The position numbers and the translations under genes are program-made. A DNA stretch of 61,728 nt, the filler included, from Hausera hauseri (Eukaryota): the NCBI GenBank assembly GCA_046269625.1. It is 11 parts of 11 records of this genome, joined end to end, with 100 filler letters (N's around TTAATTAATTAA, not from the genome) between each part and the next. Parts side by side here need not be neighbours in the genome. Positions count along the whole stretch, not along the records: positions 38,862 to 45,333 come from JBJURY010096876.1; positions 45,434 to 49,420 come from JBJURY010837970.1; positions 49,521 to 54,595 come from JBJURY010343601.1; 8 more parts are not named here. One strand, 5' to 3'. Below, piece by piece: positions 38,762 to 51,618 of the stretch (the first letter of the stretch is position 1; each line of letters begins with the position of its first letter). A model generated the notes under the pieces. It searched no databases, was not told where the DNA came from, and worked only from the letters and a program-made list of their open reading frames with translations.

Positions 38762-38861
38762 NNNNNNNNNNNNNNNNNNNNNNNNNNNNNNNNNNNNNNN
38801 NNNNNTTAATTAATTAANNNNNNNNNNNNNNNNNNNNNNNNNNNNNNNNNNNNNNNNNNNN
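38762..38861. other. Artificial spacer 7
   Basis: N44-TTAATTAATTAA-N44. Confidence 0.98.
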
Positions 38862-38966
38862 AACCTGACAACTACAGAACAGGTTATTCTGTCATTCAAC
38901 AAAGAATTGGTTTTGGTTTAAAACAATCCTTTGTTGTAGGATTAACCTTTATATTCTTTTTTTCAG
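38862..38966 (+). promoter_or_regulatory. Two hairpins, branch point, polypyrimidine tract and splice acceptor (copy B)
   Basis: aacctg..caggtt; aacaaagaatt..aatcctttgtt; ttaac; ttctttttttcAG; conserved at 58499-58607. Confidence 0.7.
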
Positions 38967-38967
38967 A

Positions 38968-41386
38968 TTGGTAAGTAACCAGACCGAAATGGATAGTCGA
39001 ATTACTATCGACGAGTTCATGAAGACCCAGACAACAGTATTCATTCCCAAGTCAAAGTCGATCTACCGATTCATAAACGACGCTTTACGGGCAAAAACGC
39101 AAATTGAGATATTAAAAGTGAACGAAATCCCCAACGATCTTAAAACTATAACGGAAGAAAACCGGTTCGTTTACCTTTACGCCTGGAGAGAAAACGAACA
39201 AGCAAAGGCTTATTCTATGAAAGAATTGATTCGGAAACAACCAGACAAAATCCAAGAAGTCTATCTGCATCTGGCTGAAGGAGAGCTATATTATCGGATC
39301 AACAACCAACCTTGGAATTCCCAAGAGGGACGACAGTTCAGATTTAGCACGTTTAGATTTAAAGGGTCGAAAAGTATAGATTGCAATTTGGAATTTAGAG
39401 TAGCAGCTCTTCCTACCAAAATCATGATAGAAGTAACTTATAGAGAAAACGATAAACCCAGTTTGCCTATTCTGAAGTTCGATCAAATCCCAACAGAAGC
39501 AGAAATAGACGAACACTCTCAATCATACAGGATGGTAACAGACGGACGTAACGTGAGAATTCTAGCAACAAATTGTGGTAGAGGAGACGACGGATATGGA
39601 ATTCCTATCGAAATATCTGTTAGAGAAAGAGACGGAGCCGAACTATACTCCACTATTATAAATCCACGAAAACGAGTACAAGAGTCATACGTGGAGGTAA
39701 CAGGGCTAAGAAAAGAGCAGCTTATGAATGGAAAGGACATTAACCAAGTTCGTTATGAATTAGAGCATTGCCTCTACGGATGCATGATAGCAGGATATCA
39801 TGTACGGCAGGAAATAAAGCTATTAGGGATATCCGATGCAAATATTGCCGGATTTAGGGAAATAGCTGCCCATCCAGTGGTCCAGAAAAGGATGGAGGAA
39901 ACCGCAAAAGGCAGGAATCAGTCAACGGCGCCTGAAGCTTTTTTTAAATTGATGATAGAATCAATGATTCCCAACCCAAATAGAATTCCAAGATTTTTAT
40001 CGGCAAGACAACGATCCCGACACTTACAAGAAATTTACAAAATGCTGAAATGGGAACACGAATGGATACCTCAAAATCCCGAGTATAACCTACGATGTTC
40101 GCTAACACCTGAAGCAATCGATACCAGATACCGTCGGAACATCAAACCCTATTCTCCGGTTAGAACCGTTCAGCCAATAGGAGAAAACAGTCTCTCAGTT
40201 ACGATTCAGAAATCAATTGAAACAGGAAATAAAGAAGCTCAGCCACCGACGACGGGAAACCAATCAACAAGGATTGCAAAGAAACGAGACGAGCCCAAAA
40301 CGGAAATTTTAATTAAGAAACCTAAGTTAGAAGAGCAACCCAAACCCAAAAGAACCTTGTCCATTTATGACTATTTATTTAAGAAAAGGAAGGTAAACCC
40401 CGAACAAGAAATAGGAAGACAACAAGACAGGCCAGGTACATCAAGGAATATAAGTTCGGACGGAAAGAAATTTAAAAGCCCCGTAATAACCGAAATTAAC
40501 TCCTTAATCAAAAGGAAAGACAAAGGAGAGGTACATTATAAAACAGTTCAAGACTTTCCCAAAATGCTAGTAACTACGGAATATTATAGTAAAAAATGAT
40601 CAAGGAAGCGGTGTTCTATGTGAAGATGACACCGGCAAGAGAAGTCTTTGAAAACACGTACATTTTGGAAAACCCCAAACTGGGAAAATACCTCACATCA
40701 GTATTTTGCTCCAAAAGAACGGGGAAAATAGTAGTTTCCGTAGACAAGCAGATTAGGATTCTGCTAAAGAAACAATATCAAAAATATAAGGTAGAAGGAC
40801 AGATTCCCGATTTAGATCAAGAATTTATGGCGGATTGAACGTTAATCCAAGTAGATTGCGATCCGCGGAAAAGTTCAGTGAATCCCAAACAGAAAATAAT
40901 CCACGGATATCTATATCAAGATGGCGAAGGAATCACCTTTGAGCCAATCGAGTTAACCATTCAAGTCGATTTAGATCGAGACGATTGGGGAAAGAAGAAA
41001 ATGAATGCCCTGTATGCGAAGCCAATCTACAACAGAAATACGTAATACTAGATAATAAGAACTGCCGTCACAAGTATTGCAGAGATTGCTTGGAGAAATG
41101 GACCCTAGACAATGGGAAAACCACGTGTCCGGTATGCCGTGCGGAGGCTGCCGAGTTAAAATATTATTCAAACGGGAGCTACATTCGAGTGGTCAGAATA
41201 CAACCCCATTACAGTTATAACATTGAACCAAGACCTTCAACAAGTCAAGCTATATCAGACTCTCTATTGGACTTGCAAGAAAGAATGAACCAGTTAAGAG
41301 GAACGAGACAATTGGGCGCCATCTCTCCTGACGCAATAGGCACATCCGAGGATGTCGTTCAGGGAGGAGATGTTGTGAAAGACTAA
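38968..41386 (+). pseudogene. Accessory gene: N domain - inactive DEDDh (REX4/ISG20-like) exonuclease - linker - unknown domain - RING-HC finger
   Basis: 543-aa ORF (ILATNCG..LYSTIINP..VTGL..CMIAGY), 40596..40838 and RING CPVC..CRHKYCRDCLEKW..CPVC in 40985..41386; copy C reads through the 40596 break. Confidence 0.8.
41361..41370 (+). promoter_or_regulatory. Polypurine tract
   Basis: AGGGAGGAGA directly before LTR; same tract at 60781. Confidence 0.85.
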
Positions 41387-42171
41387 TTCTAATTCAACTC
41401 GAATCGATTATGAGAGAAAAACTAAATTGCTGTTGGCTTAGTTGATTGTGTACATATAATTCAAAATTGATTCATTGTAAATAGAATACAATTAGAAAAA
41501 ATTACGCGATATTTACAGCCATATAATGCAGTGCATTTTAATCAAAAAAATAAACAATGTTTTGAAATCGCGGAAATTGCCAAATAAATACCGATAATGA
41601 AAAATAAATTGAAAAAGCACCTGCTTCGAACTATAAATACGAGATCGAATGAGAAAGAAGGAGAACAATTTTTGATCGACTGTAGCGTCGGTTAAACCTG
41701 CGATTTTGAAACTTATTTGCGAAAAGTTTTTCCTCGACTGTAGTGTCGAACAGCTAGTTATTCATTGACTATAGAGTTGATTGGTGTTGTGAAGATTTCA
41801 GTGATCCATTCAGTGATATTCAACAGTGCTAAAGACATTCATTGATTGCTGTGATCCTTTGTGTTGGCTATTACATTGGTATATTATTGATCCTTTTCTA
41901 AATTCCCACTATAGTTTTTCATCGGCCCTTAAGGCTGATTTGACGACCGTAAGAAGTAAAATTTACTTAAACTCTTATAGGCACGAGAACGCTATTTAAC
42001 CGTTGCACAAGACACGACACGCAGTACACGCAGTTTTTTTTTAAAAATCAATATACATTGGCACATTCGTTTAACAAGAACGTTAAACCGAATCTGCATA
42101 AGAGACTAACTTCCAGAGTAAACTACTGTTATATAGCGGAAGATCGATAAGGGCCACCCCAATCTATAACA
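41371..42171 (+). repeat. 3' LTR of copy B (801 bp)
   Basis: TGTTGTG...CTATAACA, TATAAA ~41632, preceded by PPT, homologous to the other two LTRs. Confidence 0.9.
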
Positions 42172-42263
42172 CTACCACTACTGCAAAAAGTAGCACATGT
42201 TTAGCCCCAACAAAATTTTTTAAAAGTAGTTTATGAACGACTAGTGCTTATTAATACTGAAAT

Positions 42264-43170
42264 TTATTGCTCTTTGCTATAATCCGTTCGATCAACCTGT
42301 CCATTGTTAACATCGTGTGGGATATCACTTAGACTTAAAACTACGACACATGTTTTAGGCATAATATCAACCAAGCACCGTAAGTCTACCGCTGTTATAA
42401 TATAAAACCACGAGTTGATGACAGCCGCAATCTGTTCATACTTGTTCGATGGCCGATTTGCCGCTATTGTTCGCTTGAGCCTTTCCCAGAAGTTTTCTAT
42501 CGGGTTGAGATCCGGACTGTTGCCTTGCCAATCAAGCAATTCAATCCTGCTTTGTTTAAACCAAGTTAAACATTTCTTGGCAGTGTGATACGGAGTACCA
42601 TCTTGCAGGCAAATGAACGAAACTCTTTTACCGCATATGTTTCGAGTTGAAGAACCTCCTTGATATACTTGTCAGTGATTCCGGTTCCTTCAAGAACGTG
42701 CAGTCATCCAACGGAATCCCTTGACATGCAGTCTCACATCATTATGCTCAATGGATATTTCATTGTGTCAGTTGTGCATTCTTCACCCGGTCGTTGACGA
42801 ACATAGAGCAGACAATCGCTGCAGAAAATCAAAATGCGCGTCCAATCGCTCCACAGAACTTTTTTACATGGCAAGTCTGTCCAGCTAATGTGCTCTATGA
42901 TCTACTGCAGACTTTTAAGACTTTGCTTCACATTGAGAAACACTTTTTGAGAAACCTGTGTCCGCAGGCCTGCCGTCACTAATCTCCGGCGAATTGTTCG
43001 GTTTGATATTGCCACCCGGTGACATTCAGCGACTAGTTGATGTCAACAGCAGTGGCCTTAAGATTCCATAATGCTTGATTCCATAGTCTGAAGTGTTACA
43101 ATTCGACGATCAGTCTGTGACTTGTTACTTTCTTCTCGTCTCTTCCCTTCTTGTTTTTTCATGGATCCCC
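42264..43170 (-). mobile_element. Tc1-like transposase relic
   Basis: QDGTPYHTAK and LDWQGNSPDLNPIENFW motifs. Confidence 0.88.
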
Positions 43171-43619
43171 TATAAACTAAATCATTTGAGGCAACACGGA
43201 GGCATCGAAATGGTTGACAGCGGTGTATGACAGTTTCATCAATAACTGAAAGGACTTGAAATTCAAACAATGACGAAATCAGAGATACTTCAGATATCAA
43301 GCATTATCTTGTGATAAAAATGAAAACAATCTTATCGTGTAAATGGAATAATGATAATATACGTTGTGAGGATATAACCGAGAACTGAAATTCTAAATTT
43401 AAATTACAGACATTTTTATATTTTAAAAATTCGACCATGGATTTAATTCAAAAACGTAATATTAAAAGTATCATTTAATTTTTGAATTTTTTGAAAATTT
43501 GTTTCCAAATGAGTATTTTGAGATACAATAAAATTTTCAACTGGTGTTACTTTTTAATGAGTAATTACAAACGACAAAATTATGCTTTGACGGACATACC
43601 AGTGAGCGGGGATTTTCCA

Positions 43620-44200
43620 ACTCTACCCAAGCTGGGCGACGATGTGGAAGGCGTGGATGCGCCCGCGGCCTACATGGCGACTTACGTCACAATGGGCATT
43701 TTTGCGAACCAATTATTGCCCACCAAATTCAGGAAAGGAGACGACTTGGAGAGGTTCATTAAAGGATGTGAAAAATTCTTTAAATATATGAACACCCCGG
43801 CGGCAAAGCGGGAAATCATGGTTGAATGCCTCTTGAAGGAAGAAGCACTAGAAAGGTACGAGGCAGTAGATGCGAAAATAACTGTATCTCAAAACAGCCT
43901 ACGGAAGGCTTTCGCCCGATCCTCAACGCTGGGCGAAGATCTGAAAGAGGCGCTCGAGTACAGAATGAATGGAGCGGAACCAGGGGATTACTTCGAGGCC
44001 CACAAGGAACTTCTTTATAAAGTTTTGAAGCACAATCTTTCACGCGAGACTCTAAAAGAACTATTGTTCCAATGTTGTAACAATAGAGAGATTAGCAGGG
44101 AAATATGTCTCATTGACAAACGAGACGCGGAAACCATAAAGGCGAAAATACGGAAGATGCACGAAGTAAAGATTAAGACAGAAGTCAACACTGTCAAAGA
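43620..44200 (+). pseudogene. gag: Gag capsid fragment of another LTR retrotransposon
   Basis: PTKFRKGDDLERFIKGCEKFF..LLKEEALERYE in ORF 43482..44306. Confidence 0.65.
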
Positions 44201-44405
44201 GTTCTGTAACAGTCTTGTTGTAAGTTATATTCATACTACCTTTCAATGTCACCGGTGCGTAGGGAAAGTTAAATTCCGTCAGTGCAACCTCCCATTTTCA
44301 AGATAGGTCCAAAGGATTGTTCCAATCTACAACGTATTTACTGGCTGAATTGTTCGGACGAGTCATCTGACAACTGTTGCTCGGCAACACCATGTAAATA
44401 CTCAT
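44200..44405 (-). pseudogene. Polinton minor capsid protein (penton) copy 2, N-terminus only
   Basis: MSIYMVLPSNSCQMTRPNNSASKYVVDWNNPLDLS*KWEVALTEFNFP. Confidence 0.8.
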
Positions 44406-44411
44406 TGTTTA

Positions 44412-45333
44412 TTATCGACGACGTCGAAGATGTAATGTCAAATGTGTCGTTGACCAAAACAGAAATTTAATTGATTCCCAAAATTTATCAAGCATATACA
44501 CGGAAATACTGTGCACAATATTGTGAGTCAATGATAAGTACATGGGCCTCAGCATATTAATGCCAACAGTTTCACCCGATGTTTTGTACGTGTCAGAATC
44601 CAGGTCAATAGAAGCCAGTAGTTGTTTACGTTTTCCACCAACGAGTACGGATTGGGTTAAGTCCGTTAAAATGTTGATTTTATGAAACGCGCCATAGAGT
44701 TGCGGTTTGTATTTGGCATCAACAGATTGTTCAATAATGTTTTGATAGAATTCGGGTTTCGAAAAACCCAGATTCCGAGCCAATAATTCATCAAAGGAAA
44801 AATATGTTACATTATCATGTAATGTAAGCGAAATATGGCCATCTGCGTTTATTTCACATGTTTTTACAGCTAATGTAGCCGTTTTCTTGACGTTTTCACA
44901 CAATTCCAGTTCTGTTTCCATTAATAAATCGTGTGGTATAATATGAGAGGAAGACTGATTTTGACTTAGTCCACTTTACTATAATATTGGATTCCGCATT
45001 GGATGAAAGGTCCAATTTTTCACCAGTTATAACATGCCCACCTAGCCGTAGACGTTTTGAGTGTACATTGACTGAATGAAAACCTCATGCATCATCATTA
45101 GCTATAGCATTAAACTGTATTTCAATCGGATTTCGATGCATTAGTTTCGTACGGTAGTTTGAAAGATAAGCATAAACTGAGAAATGTCGCGAATAATTGC
45201 GAAGAGTGTATCGGTTATTGTGTCGGATTGCCCGCAAACGACTTGAAATAGGGTATGTTTCTTGTCGGGTAAAGTAAATACCACTGTTCTGACGTATTGT
45301 CATTGGTGAAAATGTAAATGCGAATTCCGTCAA
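44412..45333 (-). pseudogene. Polinton minor capsid protein (penton) copy 1, 5'-truncated by contig end
   Basis: Starts LTEFAFTFSPMTI; LARNLGF; ILTDLTQSVLVGGKRKQLLASI..PMYLSL..SISVYMLD..LTLHLRR. Confidence 0.85.
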
Positions 45334-45433
45334 NNNNNNNNNNNNNNNNNNNNNNNNNNNNNNNNNNNNNNNNNNNNTTAATTAATTAANNNNNNNNNNN
45401 NNNNNNNNNNNNNNNNNNNNNNNNNNNNNNNNN
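45334..45433. other. Artificial spacer 8
   Basis: N44-TTAATTAATTAA-N44. Confidence 0.98.
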
Positions 45434-46986
45434 TAAATAAATACTGTTACAAATTGAATTTTTATATGAGTATATTTGTTCAGTGCTCTGAGATGACAGA
45501 CTTGGTGCTGTATAAATAAAATGAAATGAACTGAAGCTGCACTGATCATCTGTGGTTGTTGCGTCAATTTTACAATGTCTTGTTTGTGCACCTGACAGTG
45601 TAATGTTCTCACACCATGTCAAATGTCGGTGCTTATTTTTCCACCTAGTTTTTTTTAAATTTTTTTTTATTTTTGCATCAGTTTTAGACTGTGTTTTCAG
45701 TACCTTTCTTAACCTGTGCTGTTTTAGCACCTATTTTTACACCGAGCTGTTCATGCTGCTGGGACAATCTAATTTGCCCATTAAGGANNNNNNNNNNATA
45801 AACATCTAAATTCATGCTCAATAATCCTGGTATAAAATCCAACAATGTTCAGTCAGGTCATCTGGACAGTTTCTTTTTTAAGTTGAGACGTATTGTCCTT
45901 CATCCAAAGGACTTATTCGATCTGAAGAGCCAAAAAATAAATAAATAAATATAAACAGAAACTGATTCCCACCACAACAGTACAGTATACTCTATAGTGG
46001 AAAAAAACAGTTTGCTGGTGCTAAAATGGCCTCTGGGGTCTGCCCTCTCCCCCGTCAAATCAAGGATCAATAAAGTTAGACTATTTTATTCTATAACTTT
46101 ATCTGTGCCTTAACCATATTTATAATTTAATAAAATTCAATTCAGTTTATTTATATAGTGCCAAATAACAACAAAGTTGTCTCAGGGCACTTTACAGGAA
46201 CATTCACAAACATAGAAAAGCCAATTAGTAAAGTTCTCTATCTAAGGAAAAAACACTAAACAAAAATGTTTTTTGTTTTAATTATTATTTTTATTTAGGT
46301 TAACAAAAATACAAATAAGAAATGAAAGATCAAAATATGGGGCAAAAAAGAAAAGGAAAACAAGCAGCTGAGAGACTTGAACATACACAGCTGACAGCCC
46401 TGGGCATCAGGGCACCTTAGGAGATATCAGAGAATGTCATGGCCTTCTCCGATTGATAAAATTGCTCTTAATTTGTCCACAGTGAAGCACCCCATAATGG
46501 AGTTTTTTTGGGGGAAAACAAACACATGGGCAATATGTTATAGAACACTTCAATAATGTCATAAAACTGCAAACAACCATCACTATTCTTAATGTTTCAA
46601 ACATCTCATGTAATCAAATAAAACTAACTTTATTTCATGAATATGTTTTATTTGTGTATTCTTTATGAAGCTTAAAGTGTGCCACAGTTCCTGGATTTTT
46701 GCAGGTCTGTCCTCATCCACAGTTTCTGGTGCTGAGAACAGTTCCAGCTGTTAATGTCATGGTCAGGTTGAGGCAGGGGGACAGCAAAGGGCGGCTGAGC
46801 TGAGGGAACTATCATTAAAAAATAAAAATACATGGAATTAGGGTTCCATTAAAAAAAAGACTGTGTTCCAAATACTAGCCACATTGTTAACAAAATATTT
46901 GACAGACAGCCTGGAAATGCTGTTAATCAAGCAAACTACTCAGAGTAAAAAAACAAATATTTTTTGGGATGCAGTCAGTTCTTACC

Positions 46987-49116
46987 ATCTTCAGCACAGT
47001 CCTCAAAGGAAAGGGCTTTCTGTGTAGAGGTTGAAGCTGCACTTGTGCTGGAATCTGAAAAGGAGCGTTATCTTTCAGTTACCCTGATGCACGCTCAATA
47101 ATCAGACTGAGGACGTCTTTCGGACAAAAGACGAAACGTTCCTACTTTTTTGTTGTTGTTTCTTTGAATGTCCAGAGGACCAGACTTAGCTTTTTTAGAT
47201 ATCTTTCAGCTACTTATTTCTTTATGGCTTCAGTATAATTTTAAGACAACAGATGAAGTAGCTGTGAAAATTATCCAAATACTGCAATCTATGCAACAAA
47301 CTGATATTTAAGGGTAAGTTGAAACAAACCTTTAAAGAACTCTGTATTTTTTGCACTCGCTTTTTCCTTCACTAGAAATGACAGCAGTGATGGAAGGGTC
47401 ACGGATGTCTGTTGTGTAGCTGCCAGGACTGTAGACAGTCAGAAGAAAGTAAACAAATGATTTCATGTAGCCTAAAAACATCAAGCATCAGATTTCTTTT
47501 CAGTAATATAATTTAAATTTCTTTACCGTTAACTGTTGAGGATTCTGATTCACCTGATGCACCTGAACACCTGGACACCGTTGCAGTTGGACCTAAATAA
47601 AGATAATGCATCAGTCACTGTATGAATCACAATTGAACACAACAGGTGGTGTTAGTGGAAACTCAAAAAGTTGTGCTTTCATTCCTTCTGCTTATCAGAC
47701 CTCTAAAAATATTTTTAAAGTAATTTCCAGAAGTGGGAAATGCAACAAACTACAAAGTGAACAACTGACTACCTCTATACTAGCTCTAAGCAGGAGAAAC
47801 AACAGCACTGAAGTGAACAAACATGTCAGCTGTTAGTAACTAGTATTGATTAAAAAAAAAAGTTAAACATGCAGAATATATACTCACCAGCATTCGGGTT
47901 GGCACAATATCTCCATCAATTCATAGTCCTTTGACTATTTAATGGGTGGCAAACAGCAATATTGTAACAGGAACATGACCGGAACGTGGCCAGAACACAA
48001 GAACACAATAGGTCAAGGATCAGTTTTGGAGGGTTATTCATCGTAAAAGAGAATAACACTCCAGTCCTGAAATCTCGTATTTGAAGAAAAACCTGTCTTT
48101 GCTCTGTTTGACACTGGGGTTCCCTCCGTTTCCGCTGACCCTGCATACACAGAGACAAATATGGGAGAGTGACTAAACACAAGCATATTATATTTTAGAA
48201 TGTCAGCAAGTGTAACTATAGTGTGCTTACTGCTCTGACTCAGGAGCTTAGAGGGTGAGATGCTTAGCATTGCAGCCTCCAATCCTTCGTCCTCCTCCAT
48301 CACTATGAGAAACCAAAAAATTATGTTATACAAAAATCAAGGATCAGTTTGGGAGGAATATTCAATTTTTAAGGCAATTTTTGTCCTTTCATCTTAAAAT
48401 TGTTCATACAACATTCTTAGTTGCTCACCCAGAGGTTTATGTGGCACACTGGATGGTGTGGGTGTATGAATGGAGGATGACTGCTGTTTCTTGAGCAGGT
48501 ACTGCTGCAGCTTCTTCATCCTGGTCCCAGGAAGGCAGATCGTCTTTAGGATGAAGTCAGCATAACCATCTTCTCTACTGTCCCAAATTTCCTTCCAAGT
48601 GCTCTTGGCCCGAGAGCCAAAACCAACCAGCTGGTCATCTTCAGAAGGAGTTACTGCAATGCTGTCTCTGCTGGCTTCATAGTCCAGGGCATCTTGTATC
48701 TCCTTAAAACTGAGAGCATACTTCACAAAGGTCAGGAGGTTCACCTTGTTAAGGCTCTCTGTGATACAGATGCCAGCTTCCTCCTCCTTTTGCAGGTTTT
48801 TGATGAGGTACAAAGTGTAACCCACATCATTTTCTAAAAGCCACCGGAAAGACTTCCCTTTGTATTTGCCAAATTGGAGGTTGTAGTCTCCCAGCACTTC
48901 TGAATCATCTGTGACATCCCCTCCTCTTTGACGAACTACAGACAAAGCATTTTGCCGCACAATGTCCTCTCTCTTTGGCTCAGATTTGTCCCGCACACTA
49001 GGATCATTTTTTATCATTTTGGCCTCAGGAGAGGGGTCCTGGCGAAGAAATCCAAGGGGTCCCTTGCGGAAAACAACACTTTGTTTTCCTGGATAAAAGA
49101 TTGCGGTCTTCTGCAT
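46987..49116 (-). CDS. Multi-exon uncharacterised teleost-type gene, probably transposon-derived; exons 49116-48429, 48302-48231, 48140-48093 and further small exons
   Basis: QFGKYKGKSFRWLLENDVGY motif plus a degenerate second copy; GT/AG sites join the first three exons in phase. Confidence 0.65.
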
Positions 49117-49420
49117 TTTGGCCTAGTAAGGAGCAAAAAAGGGTGGATCATGTGTTAAAGAAAATATCTGAAACCCTTTGAAATATATTTTGCATAAGAG
49201 TTGATTATTCAACGTACCGATAGTTCAAAAAGTTTCTATTTAAGGAAACAAATGTCTTTTCCATTCTGTTCATTTAGCTCTAAAGATCAAAAAGGTGCTC
49301 AAAGTGCAGCTAAAGACAGGAAGGACATAAAATATAATGATTTATCTGTTTTTATTTACTTGTACTATAATCAGATATCAGTGTTTCAGTATACACTCTC
49401 TGATATTATTATTATTTTAT

Positions 49421-49520
49421 NNNNNNNNNNNNNNNNNNNNNNNNNNNNNNNNNNNNNNNNNNNNTTAATTAATTAANNNNNNNNNNNNNNNNNNNNNNNN
49501 NNNNNNNNNNNNNNNNNNNN
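49421..49520. other. Artificial spacer 9
   Basis: N44-TTAATTAATTAA-N44. Confidence 0.98.
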
Positions 49521-49544
49521 ATTTTCTCCCTCCCTTCCTCTCAG

Positions 49545-49610
49545 AAATGTAAAAAGGCAATACTGCCTATTTCTCAACCCTGGTTAAATAAAGATTTCAT
49601 TCATTCACTC
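49545..49610 (+). repeat. 3' tail of a SINE/LINE copy ending in (ATTC)n
   Basis: Inverted match to 49930-49985. Confidence 0.7.
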
Positions 49611-49929
49611 TCTCCACATCTCTGGTACTTGAAAGCCTACGATATTTACATTCGTCCGTCTCTAACAAAAAAACTGTTCAGCTCCTGTCATTGTTATATA
49701 TGTTAGACATTTACAGTGTTTACCCGTTTGGTTAAATCTTGACGACATATATGTTCTGTTTAGCCGTGCCCTTAAATCACTAGGTTTAAAAGGACGGATT
49801 ATAAATAGGCAATAATAAGAAAATTAGCGAGCTGAACTGGTTATCGTGACGTCACGTTATTCTAGCTAACCGCCATCAAGTTTTCTTTGATGGTCGACCC
49901 CCTTACGCTGGTATCAGATGTGATAAAAT

Positions 49930-50240
49930 AAGATATTTATTTAATCAGGGTTGAGAAATATGCAGTATTGCCTGTTTATATTTCTGCCCTGGGGGTAGAT
50001 TTGTCCTAGAATTCCCCGGACAGCGGCCGTTAGGCCTACTCTTTTTCGATTTTCAACCGCGAAGGTATTATTAACGTGTACGACAATGTACGCGGACGTT
50101 CGATCTCACTACCCAGAGGTCAGGTGAATTTATTAGTAGAAGATCCAGGAGAAAGAATCCCAAGTGCTTCAACCGGGATTCGAACCCCGTACCTCTAACA
50201 CTCGGGGCGGACGTCCCACCTCGAGACCACTAAATGAAGG
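49930..50240 (-). mobile_element. tRNA-derived SINE
   Basis: A-box-like GTGGTCTCGAGGTGG and B-box GGTTCGAATCCC in head 50240-50170; tail shared with 49545-49595. Confidence 0.75.
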
Positions 50241-50744
50241 AGAAACAGATAACTTGTTTCGACATATGTGAGCGAAGATGTCCACCTTTCGACTAAACTT
50301 AACTTTTCTGTATATTTCGTCTTGTTTCCAAGACAATTGTTTTTAATTTCATTCCCGTATTTCATTCCCGTACTTTAGACCAATCGAAAACTGAGTGTTG
50401 CTTCTTTCTTTTCATTATATTTTCTTGTAGCAAATATGGATGTTTGTCTGTTACTTTCTCGGGTTATATTTCTGATACCCATACAAACAACACGCAGAGG
50501 GAGGCAGATACGTGTTTGGTTTTCTATTTCAAGTAGCTGGTCGTAATGTTACAGTCGCCCTGGTAACCTACATGAAATATGCATTTCATTCCATTGTTAT
50601 TTGGTGTCTACATTCGCCAAAAGACGTTTTATTTTCTTTGTAGGATAGGAGTTAAGTAGCGTCAAACCTGGAGTTATGTATGACAAAAGTAAGGGTTAAT
50701 TAAGTATTGTAAAAGTTGGAGCTAATTATTGTACAATTAAACTT

Positions 50745-51060
50745 GGTCAGCGCCAGGAACAACATACTGTCCAAGACCTTTCAACAGTTCTTCGTAATGT
50801 GTCCTGGAGACAGAAGCAATTCTGGCCAACGTTGGGCGAATCGACATGGTCCCCAGTTGAGAGGTGAATCACTTCTAGGAGGTCAAGCATTGTACTAAAG
50901 CCTGGAGGACGTTTGTCCACCCCCCTAGACAACACTAGGACAGCAAGGATGCTCAACAAAACTACTCCTGAGTCCTTCTTAGGACTACTACCCTTATCAG
51001 GGCTCATCCAGATGAACTGACGCTCGGTGATGACGAGATAAAACAAAGAACAAACAAGGG
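50745..51060 (+). repeat. 3' end of non-LTR retrotransposon, copy 1
   Basis: Homologous to 51619-51930 and 54062-54271; degenerate T.QH.L..CP knuckle, twin hairpins, A/C-rich tail. Confidence 0.7.
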
Positions 51061-51618
51061 GGACATTACTCATTGTTAATAACAACAAAGCCGTCGTTCA
51101 AAACAGCGTTCTTTAACCTGGATGGCTGGGTACACTAGAGAACGTTGAAAGCTTTCAAATGGGAGGCAGAATGACGCTGAATTAAAAATATATACATACT
51201 AAGGAATATAAAGCACCATATTTTCTTCATTTATACATACTGTTTATTCAAGTCGCTACAACATAGTAACTTTTCTGATGCTGTATTGAATAACATCAGT
51301 CAACATTATTTTTCAAAATACATTGCTTATCCAAGTGATGGCGCTGCTCCGTAAAATTTTGTACTTTTGACCAGCAGCATCAGGACGCCGAGTCTAAAAC
51401 TGATTCGTGATCGTGATCAGAGCCAGGATTTACAAACTGGCCAATAGCTGTCAGCACTTCCCTGCAGAGCGTCCTGGAAACAGAAGAAATTATGCCCCTC
51501 GTTGAGAGGGTCGCTAAAGAATCTTGTAGTAATTGTAACGTGATGAAGACTGTGCAGCCGACATCACCGACGTAAGGCGAACTCTGGGAATCCCTGTGAT
51601 AATGGGACCCATGCTTTT

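Noticed and set aside
39540-40060. Active host REXO4/ISG20 exonuclease gene
   Set aside because: Catalytic D-x-E absent and the gene lies inside an LTR element next to the PPT.
43482-44306. Single 274-aa gene
   Set aside because: Chimeric ORF: AT-rich flank, gag fragment and the antisense strand of a penton gene.
50170-50240. Functional tRNA gene
   Set aside because: A and B boxes present but I could not form a proper cloverleaf, and it continues into a repeated tail, so SINE head.
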